Part shown: positions 56,882 through 64,000 of the stretch, in pieces | Position numbering within the stretch: position 1 is the stretch's first letter | How the letters are laid out: every line of letters starts with the position of its first letter | The notes under the pieces: model-generated | The model's input: only the letters and a program-made list of their open reading frames with translations | Database searches by the model: none | Told to the model about the DNA's origin: nothing | From: Candidatus Latescibacterota bacterium | GTDB taxonomy: Bacteria; Latescibacterota; UBA2968; UBA8231 | Assembly: GCA_965203355.1 (NCBI GenBank) | Contig: OZ241889.1 | Location: forward strand, 2,752,001 to 2,816,000 | Length of the DNA stretch: 64,000 nt | Direction: 5' to 3' | Position numbers and translations under genes: made by a program

Positions 56882-59800
56882 TGGAAGCGTTTTTTCAGAG
56901 ACTGTCTGGGTCTTTGCAGCAGCTGTTTGGCCGCGAGCAAAAGCACAAGCGCCAGTGGGCCGAGGTCGATGAATACCGCGCTTTGCTCGAACCCCCCAAT
57001 CGCTTTGACGAAGGTTTTACGATCCGCACCATTATCGGCGTACTCTTCATCTCGCTGATTATGACCCCGGGCGAGATGTTCCTCGGGCTCTATACGGGAG
57101 GCAGCGTTGGCCCAGCAGCGCAATGGGTGACGGTGATCCTCTTTTTGGAAGTCGCCAAACGCTCGTTTACCTCGCTCAAGCGCCAAGAGATTTACCTGCT
57201 GGTGTACGTGGCCTCGGCCTTGGTCGCCCGCGAGGAAGGCGCGTTCCTCGATTTGCTTTGGCGTCAGTACTTCGTGCGTTCCGCCGAGGCTGAACAGTTT
57301 GGGATTTCGCGCATTTTGCCGTGGTGGTGGGTGCCCTCACCCGATTCGGAGGCCATTGCCGAGCGGACCTTTATCCACCGCGATTGGTTGGCGCCCATCC
57401 TGTTGTTGGTGATCGGGACGATCATGGGCCGCATCGCTTGGTTCACGTCCGGCTACATGCTCTTCCGGCTCACCTCCGACCGCGAGCAATTGCCCTTTCC
57501 GACCGCGCCGATGTCGGCGTTGAGCGCCATGGCACTGGCCGAGGATTCCGGGGCCGAGCAGGAGACGTGGAAGTGGCCGGTGTTCAGTATTGGTGCGGCC
57601 ATCGGTGCGTCATTCGGGGTCGTCTATGTAGGGATCCCGGTCATCACGGAACTTTGGGGTTCCAAAGTGACTATCTTGCCGATTCCTTTCTGGGATTTGA
57701 CCCCCTATTTCGGCAATATCATACAGGCTGCGCCGCTGGGGATCGCCACGAGTCTGGGGTCGGTGTTCGCGGGGTTGTTCATGCCCTTCTGGTCGGTGAT
57801 CGGCTCCTTTGCCGGCGTGATGCTGCACACGGCCATCAGCCCCTTTCTATATACGTGGGGCTATCTGCCGCGCTGGGAAGTCGGCATGGACACCATCCAA
57901 ACCTCCATCGTCACTGGAATCGACTTTTGGATAGCCTTTTCCATTGGCATTACCATCGCAGTTACCATCGTCAGTTTTTACCAGCTTTTTTCCACTGGCC
58001 GAGAAAAGCAGGCCGAATTGCGGGAGAAGCTCCAGATCCAAGGGGACGATCCGTCGAGGATGTGCAAGCACTCGGACTGCCTCCGCCCGGCCGAAGTGAG
58101 GGGATATTGCTTAAAACACCTCGGCCGCGGCGATTTTAACATGTGGATTTGCGCTTCGCTGTTTTGCGTAGCGGCGATTTATCCGATCGTCTTGGCCAAG
58201 ACCTTATTCCCCACTTTGGTCAGCACCGGCCTGTTGGTGCTTTTCGTGCTCATCGCCTTTGTCTATGCGCCGATCATGTCCTTTGTCAGCGCCCGGCTCG
58301 ACGGCTTGGTCGGGCGAGAGATTTCGATTCCCTATGTCAATGAGGCCATCCGCTTTATGACGGGCTTTCGCGGGGTTGAAATCTGGTTCGTGCCCTTTCC
58401 AGCCCGCAACTTCGGCGGCCACGCCGAGGGGTTTAGGATAGTAGAGTTGACCGGGATGAAGTTTACCAGCCTGCTCAAGGCCGAGCTCTTTATGTTGCCC
58501 ATCGTCTTTGGGGTGAGTCTGATGTACTGGACCTTTCTCTGGCGCTTGGCTCCCATCCCCTCGGAGAGCTACCCATACGCGCAAATCATGTGGCCGCGCC
58601 AGGCTTTTGACCAAGCACTCGTACTATCCAGTACGATGTACAACAAAATGTGGCACGCCGGCGAGGAGTTGGAAGGGGATATTGTGCCCCGCGGCCAAGT
58701 CGGGTGGAGCCCGAGCAATTTGCAGGACGGTCGTTGGTGGTACTGGCGGGTGAGTACCACCAGGGATTTAGCGGTGCCCGATCCGGTAAAGCGCACCTAT
58801 GGTCCTTGGTCGCAGACCGGCTACTTCTACACGGACTTCAGCGGCGGGGACGCACCACCGCCTCCGGAGGTCGCCCAAAGGATCGACGCTGCCGCGGGTA
58901 CGCCATCGGACCGCCCCCAGCTCCTGTGGCCGCCCAACGGCATGGCCCTTGCCACGCCCAATCCCAACTTCCGGGCGGCGGTCGAGCTAGCCCTAGGCGA
59001 TTCGGTTGACTTCTATTTTGAAGTAGATCTCCTGCCCAGCTTTGACGGCGAATTTTTGCAGCGCTCCTCGGATGTACCCTTGCTCTTTAAGGTCCTGTGG
59101 CATGACATGCGCTTTACGGGCAACCGCAAAGACGACGACGGCGACCGCAATGTCGCGGCTATAGTCGAGCGGGTGGAGCCGGAGGGGTTGGGCGATCAAC
59201 TCGGACTGGTGGAAGGCGACCGGCTCCGCGTGGTAAACGGCGTCGAACTCCGCGTCCCGCAATGGGATGCTGAGCGGATCGATCGGTATTTTACCCAAGG
59301 AGCGGACTCGGTGTTTGTCGCTTGGGCACGGGATGAGCAGACCATGCGTCGAGCGGTGGTGCGCCGACCGGGGGAAGCACTGGGGCTTGAGTTTGCAGCG
59401 GACACGTCATTCGTCGAGCGTTGGACCGAATACGACGCGGTGCGCGTCGCGGCCGTAGCCGAAGCCGGGCTAGGCCACCGTTTGGGCTTGCAAGCTGGCG
59501 ACCATCTTATGGCGATCAACGGCCAAAGCATTGAGCAGGATACGTGGCGCAGCGAGGAGGTAAGGGCCGCCTTTTCCGCGGTCGTGGAAGAGACCGCGAC
59601 CACCGTGCTAGTCGAGTGGGAACGGGATGGAGACCGGCTTCGAGGTTGGGTGGCCGATGCGTCGTCTCGCCCGCTAGGCCTGACCTATCGGGCCGGGGCC
59701 ATCGAGGGCATTGACGAAGAGCTGGTCAACAACCGCGACGACGATGGCGACGGCCTGATCGACGAGGATACGCACCATCCCCTCGGCGGTAAGAAGTGGC

Positions 59801-60105
59801 CCATCATCATGGGCGCGGCGGGCTTCGGCTTGGCCGCGTACTTTGCCATGGCCTTTTTGGGAATGCCGATCTTTATGATCTTTGGCTACGTCCAAAGCGT
59901 CAACGGCATTCCGCATTTTCTCATTCCGCAAATCATTGGTGCCCTGATCGCCAGACATTACTTCTGGAAGCGGTACGGCAAGCAGCAATGGCGGCAATAC
60001 GCCATGGTCTTGAGCGTGGGCTTCGGGGTTGGCATGTCGCTGATCGGCATGTTCAGCGCAGCCTTGTTGATGATTAAAAAAGCCGTTTCTTCCCTCGCCT
60101 ATTGA
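56878..60105 (+). CDS. OPT-like (oligopeptide transporter superfamily) membrane protein with inserted zinc finger, FN3-like, Ca-binding-repeat and PDZ domains
   Basis: ATGA overlap; GFTIRT, EQLPFPTAP, APIPSESYPYA, GFGVG; large hydrophilic insert at about 58650-59790. Confidence 0.75.
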   Translation: MMEAFFQRLSGSLQQLFGREQKHKRQWAEVDEYRALLEPPNRFDEGFTIRTIIGVLFISLIMTPGEMFLGLYTGGSVGPAAQWVTVILFLEVAKRSFTSLKRQEIYLLVYVASALVAREEGAFLDLLWRQYFVRSAEAEQFGISRILPWWWVPSPDSEAIAERTFIHRDWLAPILLLVIGTIMGRIAWFTSGYMLFRLTSDREQLPFPTAPMSALSAMALAEDSGAEQETWKWPVFSIGAAIGASFGVVYVGIPVITELWGSKVTILPIPFWDLTPYFGNIIQAAPLGIATSLGSVFAGLFMPFWSVIGSFAGVMLHTAISPFLYTWGYLPRWEVGMDTIQTSIVTGIDFWIAFSIGITIAVTIVSFYQLFSTGREKQAELREKLQIQGDDPSRMCKHSDCLRPAEVRGYCLKHLGRGDFNMWICASLFCVAAIYPIVLAKTLFPTLVSTGLLVLFVLIAFVYAPIMSFVSARLDGLVGREISIPYVNEAIRFMTGFRGVEIWFVPFPARNFGGHAEGFRIVELTGMKFTSLLKAELFMLPIVFGVSLMYWTFLWRLAPIPSESYPYAQIMWPRQAFDQALVLSSTMYNKMWHAGEELEGDIVPRGQVGWSPSNLQDGRWWYWRVSTTRDLAVPDPVKRTYGPWSQTGYFYTDFSGGDAPPPPEVAQRIDAAAGTPSDRPQLLWPPNGMALATPNPNFRAAVELALGDSVDFYFEVDLLPSFDGEFLQRSSDVPLLFKVLWHDMRFTGNRKDDDGDRNVAAIVERVEPEGLGDQLGLVEGDRLRVVNGVELRVPQWDAERIDRYFTQGADSVFVAWARDEQTMRRAVVRRPGEALGLEFAADTSFVERWTEYDAVRVAAVAEAGLGHRLGLQAGDHLMAINGQSIEQDTWRSEEVRAAFSAVVEETATTVLVEWERDGDRLRGWVADASSRPLGLTYRAGAIEGIDEELVNNRDDDGDGLIDEDTHHPLGGKKWPIIMGAAGFGLAAYFAMAFLGMPIFMIFGYVQSVNGIPHFLIPQIIGALIARHYFWKRYGKQQWRQYAMVLSVGFGVGMSLIGMFSAALLMIKKAVSSLAY

Positions 60106-60109
60106 GGGG

Positions 60110-60138
60110 TGGACAAAGGCCACGATCCCCTGTATTTT
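60110..60138 (+). promoter_or_regulatory. Promoter (extended -10) for the J-domain/PspA operon
   Basis: TGGACA-N17-TATTTT with TG just before the -10; ATG follows 8 nt later. Confidence 0.45.
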
Positions 60139-60146
60139 CGCCACTT

Positions 60147-60452
60147 ATGGACTTACTTGGGCGCCTATTCCGCGTCGTGCAGGCGCACACTGCGGCCAGC
60201 GAGCCGAGCCGGCCCCCGGTGCCGCCGCCTGAACCGGCTGAAGACCCGGTCCTCGCCGAGTATTACGCCAATCTAGAGCTGCCCTATGGAGCCAGTCTGG
60301 AGGCGGTAAAGACGGCGTGGAAGCGGTTGATGAAGCAGTATCATCCCGACCGCCACGCCCAAGAGCCGGCCAAGCGCGAGGTTGCCAACGCGCTGTGTAC
60401 CCAGTTGACGCACGCCTATAAAGAGATAGAGAAGTCCCTAACTACCCATTAA
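60147..60452 (+). CDS. Small J-domain (DnaJ-type) protein
   Basis: YYANLEL, VKTAWKRLMKQYHPD, AY. Confidence 0.88.
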   Translation: MDLLGRLFRVVQAHTAASEPSRPPVPPPEPAEDPVLAEYYANLELPYGASLEAVKTAWKRLMKQYHPDRHAQEPAKREVANALCTQLTHAYKEIEKSLTTH

Positions 60453-60472
60453 ACTAGCATTGGAGGAAGCTT

Positions 60473-60865
60473 ATGGCAGATTTTACCACCGTAAAGGAGT
60501 ACGCCCTCGATCTTGGCTTGGCCATCGCCGAGGAAATACCCGACGAGGAAATCATCATCGTCAACGCCGAGGAACGGGGAGTGCAAAACTTAGTTATTGA
60601 TTGCGAAGATACGGTGCTCGTAATGGAGCAGCTTATCATCGAGATCGCTGCTGAAACCGCCGAGACCTACAAGCGGATCTTGCAGATGAACCGCGACTTG
60701 GTCTTTGGCGCCTTCGTCCTCAACGAGGCCGGCGATTCGCTGCTCTATCGCAATACGCTGGCACTGGAGAATTTGGACTTAAACGAACTCGAAAGCACGA
60801 TCAACTCCCTCGGGCTTGGCTTGGCCGAGCACGGGGAGGAATTACTGGGATTCGCCGCCCAATAA
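60473..60865 (+). CDS. YbjN/CesT-like (T3SS-chaperone fold) acidic protein
   Basis: LQMNRDLVFGAF, LENLDLNELE; GGAGG RBS; immediately upstream of pspA. Confidence 0.75.
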   Translation: MADFTTVKEYALDLGLAIAEEIPDEEIIIVNAEERGVQNLVIDCEDTVLVMEQLIIEIAAETAETYKRILQMNRDLVFGAFVLNEAGDSLLYRNTLALENLDLNELESTINSLGLGLAEHGEELLGFAAQ

Positions 60866-60877
60866 GGAGGATAGGAC

Positions 60878-61588
60878 ATGGCAGGTATATTTCAACGTTT
60901 GTTTAAAACGGGGCAGGCTGAAGCCCACGCCTTGGTGGATAAGCTCGAAGACCCGATCAAGATGAGCGAGCAAGCGATCCGCGACTTAAAAAAGGACTTG
61001 CAGGACAGTCTCAAAGCCCTCGCCGAGGTCAAGGCGATCGCCATCCGGCTCAGCCGCGAGTCCGAAGACCACCGGCGGCGCGCCGAAGACTACGAGCGCA
61101 AGACCATGCTGCTGTTGCAAAAGGCCGAATCCGGCCAGATGGACGAAGCCGAAGCCGACCGCTTGGCCCGCGAAGCCTTAACCCGCGTTGAGGAAGCCCA
61201 GAGCCGGCACGCAGAAACTTCCCAACAGGCCCAGGCCCAACAGGCGATGGCCAACAAGCTACAGAGCAATGTCAACGATCTGAAGTCGAAAATCGCTTCG
61301 TACGAAAACGATCTGATAACGCTCAAGGCGCGCACCAAAACCGCCAACGCCACCCGCAAGATCAACCAGCATTTGTCCAACATTGACTCAAAGGGGACTA
61401 CGGCCCTGCTCGAGCGGATGAAGGAAAAGGCCGAAGAGCAGGAAGCACTCGCCGAAGCCTATGGCGATATGGGGGATGCGGCGATAGCTATTGACGACGA
61501 GATCGACAAGGCCCTCGCCGACGGCAAAAAGGCCAAGGTCGATGATTCGCTGGCCCAGCTCAAGGCCAGAATGAAGGCGGCAAAATAA
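60878..61588 (+). CDS. pspA: PspA/IM30-family (bacterial ESCRT-III) protein
   Basis: Amphipathic MAGIFQRL, LEDPIKMSEQAIRDL, long coiled coils, LAQLKARM. Confidence 0.92.
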   Translation: MAGIFQRLFKTGQAEAHALVDKLEDPIKMSEQAIRDLKKDLQDSLKALAEVKAIAIRLSRESEDHRRRAEDYERKTMLLLQKAESGQMDEAEADRLAREALTRVEEAQSRHAETSQQAQAQQAMANKLQSNVNDLKSKIASYENDLITLKARTKTANATRKINQHLSNIDSKGTTALLERMKEKAEEQEALAEAYGDMGDAAIAIDDEIDKALADGKKAKVDDSLAQLKARMKAAK

Positions 61589-61612
61589 GGGCTGCCGCCC
61601 GTGGCGCGTGGG

Positions 61613-63265
61613 ATGAAGATCCTTAGCCGCCGGCAATTTTTCGGTGCGCTCGCCGCGGCTGGTAGCTGGGCCGCTTGGAGCGGTTGCTCTTCCGATCCCC
61701 ACCAGCGGACGGTCCCCGGGCGGATCGTCAACGAGGGACCGCCGCGTGGGCACCTGCTGCGCGATGTGCATTCTTGGGCGGATTTTGCCGCGGCAGACCA
61801 CGCCTGCGATGTCGCCATTGTCGGCGGGGGGATCTCTGGCTTGTCGGCGGCTTGGAAATTGCGTCGGTCCGGGATAGAGCGCATCCTCCTGCTCGATCTC
61901 GAAGACCAGCTAGGGGGCACTAGTCGCAGTGGCCAATGGGGCGACCGGGTGTTTCCTTGGGGTGCTCACTACATCAACATCCCGCCTGCCGAAGCCGACT
62001 GCATCCACGAAATACTGCGCGATCTAGGCGTCATCGACGGCTACGACGCGGCGAATAAGCCGATGGTTGCCGCTGGAGCAATGCTGCGCTGGCCGCACGA
62101 GCGGCTCTTTTACCGGGGTCGCTGGGTCGCCGAGCTGGACCCATTTGTCGACGCATCGGGCCGAGCGCGCGAAGCCTTGTTGCGCTTTGAAGACGAGATG
62201 CTGCGCTGGGCTTTACACCGCGGTCGGGACGGTCGCCGGGCCTTTGCCATGCCCTTGCGCTACAGCACGCGTGATGTCAAGGTGCGGCGCTTGGACCAAA
62301 TCAGCATGGCCCAGTACCTGCGCGAAGAAGGCTGGCACGACGACCGGCTTGGCTGGCTGGTCGACTATGCCTGTCGCGACGACTACGGCAGCACGGCAGC
62401 CCAAGTCTCGGCGTGGGCCGGGATTCACTACTATGCTTGTCGGTTCTACGACTACCGATTGCACGAAGCCTATCCAGCACACACGCTGACGTGGCCCGAG
62501 GGCAATGGGCACCTCGTTGCGAAACTCGCTAATAGGTTGGGGAAGAACGAGATAAAGCGACAGGCTATGGTGGCGCGTCTAGCCGAGGAGCGATCGCAGG
62601 TGCGGTTGGGATACATCGACTTGGCCACCGGAGAAAAGCGGCAATTGACCGCTCGGGCCGTGGTGTACGCCGGCAAGCTCCACACGGCTCCCTATGCGAT
62701 CGCGGGCCTGCCGGATGCCCAGGCTCAGGCTATGACAGCTATCGAATACAGCCCGTGGTTGGTGGCGGCGCTTTTTCTCAAAGCACCGCTCGCGGCCTCG
62801 CACACGACGTGGGACAACGTCTTGTACGACAGTCCGTCACTGGGATACGTGGTCGCGGACCACCAGCAGGGTACGGGAGGCCGCGTGTTGCTGTACTATT
62901 GGCCTTTTGTCGATCAACTCGCGGAAGCCCGGGAGGCTTTGCTCGCGCAAGACCATTCATTCTGGGCCGAACAGATCATGGCCGATTTGCGCCGAGTCCA
63001 CCCAGAACTCGACGACCTCGTCGAGCGCATTGACCTGTATCGCTGGGGGCACGGAATGATGCGGCCCAGTCCGGGGTCGCTATGGGGGCCGATGGCTGCT
63101 TGGCGGCAGCAGCCAATGGAGCGGATATTTTTTGCTTCGTGCGATGCGACGGGCCTGCCCTTATGCGAGGAAGCGATCTTTGCCGGTACGCTGGCGGCAG
63201 AGCAAGCCATGGACTGCCTCGGCGTGGCGTATTCTTCCTCGCTGGGGGGGCTTGCGGATGCCTAG
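61613..63265 (+). CDS. Tat-exported (lipo)protein, FAD-dependent amine oxidase family
   Basis: SRRQFF...WSGC, GGGISGL, WGAHY, YACRDDYG, SAWAGIHY, RWGHGM. Confidence 0.85.
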   Translation: MKILSRRQFFGALAAAGSWAAWSGCSSDPHQRTVPGRIVNEGPPRGHLLRDVHSWADFAAADHACDVAIVGGGISGLSAAWKLRRSGIERILLLDLEDQLGGTSRSGQWGDRVFPWGAHYINIPPAEADCIHEILRDLGVIDGYDAANKPMVAAGAMLRWPHERLFYRGRWVAELDPFVDASGRAREALLRFEDEMLRWALHRGRDGRRAFAMPLRYSTRDVKVRRLDQISMAQYLREEGWHDDRLGWLVDYACRDDYGSTAAQVSAWAGIHYYACRFYDYRLHEAYPAHTLTWPEGNGHLVAKLANRLGKNEIKRQAMVARLAEERSQVRLGYIDLATGEKRQLTARAVVYAGKLHTAPYAIAGLPDAQAQAMTAIEYSPWLVAALFLKAPLAASHTTWDNVLYDSPSLGYVVADHQQGTGGRVLLYYWPFVDQLAEAREALLAQDHSFWAEQIMADLRRVHPELDDLVERIDLYRWGHGMMRPSPGSLWGPMAAWRQQPMERIFFASCDATGLPLCEEAIFAGTLAAEQAMDCLGVAYSSSLGGLADA

Positions 63266-64000
63266 GCTGGGTGCGCTGTTTTTGCTGGTGGCCATTTTCT
63301 CGGCCGCGGTCTGCGCCATCGTCTATCAGCTCCTCATCGGCAGTGTTTCGTCCTACTTCCTCGGCAATAGCGTTGAGCAGTTTTCCCTGACGATTGGCTT
63401 TTTCCTCGCGGCGATGGGGCTTGGCTCTTGGCTTTCGCGCTTTGTCGCCGACGACTTGCTGTTGACGCGGCTAGCTCAACTGGAGATTTGGCTGGGGCTT
63501 TTGGGTGGAATTTCCGTTGTCGTACTCTATGTGCTCTACGGATACACCGATCACTTTAGGGTTGGTATGCTGGCGTTGAGCACGGCGATCGGCGCATTGA
63601 TCGGCCTAGAAGTGCCCCTAATTACCCGGCTTTTGCGCGGGCACGGTACGCTGCGGGCGGCCTTATCTACTGTTTTGTCCCTCGATTATTTAGGAGCCTT
63701 ATTGGCCTCGTTGCTCTTCCCGTACATCCTATTGCCTTTCCTCGGCAGTCTGCATACGGCGTTGGTCGCCGGTTTGGTCAATGCTGGTCTCGGGCTCGGC
63801 GTGGTGTTCGCGTTTAAGGGGACGTTGCTATCCTCGGGTGCCTTCCGCTCGCTAGGCGTGCAAGCGCTGATGGTTATTGCGGGGCTAGGAGTACTGGCTT
63901 GGCAAGGGGAAAGGCTGCGGGCGCGGTGGGAAAGCGATCTGTACGAAGACCGCATCGTCCACAGCGAGCAATCGACCTACCAGCAAATCGTCCTGACCCA
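63258..64000 (+). CDS. speE: Membrane-bound polyamine aminopropyltransferase (spermidine synthase), 3' truncated; absent from the ORF track
   Basis: Hand translation from ATG 63258: CAIVYQLLIGSVSSYFLGNSVEQFSLTIG..AMGLGS, GLEVPL, DYLGALLASLLFP, QSTYQQIVLT. Confidence 0.88.
   Translation, partial: MPRLGALFLLVAIFSAAVCAIVYQLLIGSVSSYFLGNSVEQFSLTIGFFLAAMGLGSWLSRFVADDLLLTRLAQLEIWLGLLGGISVVVLYVLYGYTDHFRVGMLALSTAIGALIGLEVPLITRLLRGHGTLRAALSTVLSLDYLGALLASLLFPYILLPFLGSLHTALVAGLVNAGLGLGVVFAFKGTLLSSGAFRSLGVQALMVIAGLGVLAWQGERLRARWESDLYEDRIVHSEQSTYQQIVLT

Overview
This is a gene-dense, GC-rich bacterial chromosomal segment with about 56 CDSs and one tRNA-Asn. I see no prophage, CRISPR array or rRNA. The short RpoD-type sigma factor and the gene repertoire suggest an FCB-superphylum lineage such as Ca. 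Latescibacterota (low-confidence inference). Housekeeping genes include an NtrC-type two-component pair, iscU-sod-prx, folE, a KamA-family enzyme, rny, dxr, queD, fadN, msrAB, korAB, hemE, mocA/xdhC, an E2 acyltransferase, ftsH and gdh. The best candidate for an undescribed system is a translationally coupled three-gene membrane operon at 50325-60105. It encodes (i) a polytopic DUF6785/OPT-like protein, (ii) a 1467-aa fusion of a zinc-ligand-less M28/PA pseudo-peptidase ectodomain to a MacB/FtsX permease, with no ABC ATPase nearby, and (iii) an OPT-like transporter carrying a CCCH zinc finger and a nested FN3-like/Ca-repeat/tandem-PDZ insertion. Other notable items are an ATPase-degenerate UvrA paralogue, an AbfD homologue lacking the Fe-S cysteines, CBS-domain genes on both sides of korAB, a LarA variant with changed catalytic residues, and a J-domain/CesT/PspA/polyamine operon. 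All family assignments come from motif recognition by eye; no searches were run.
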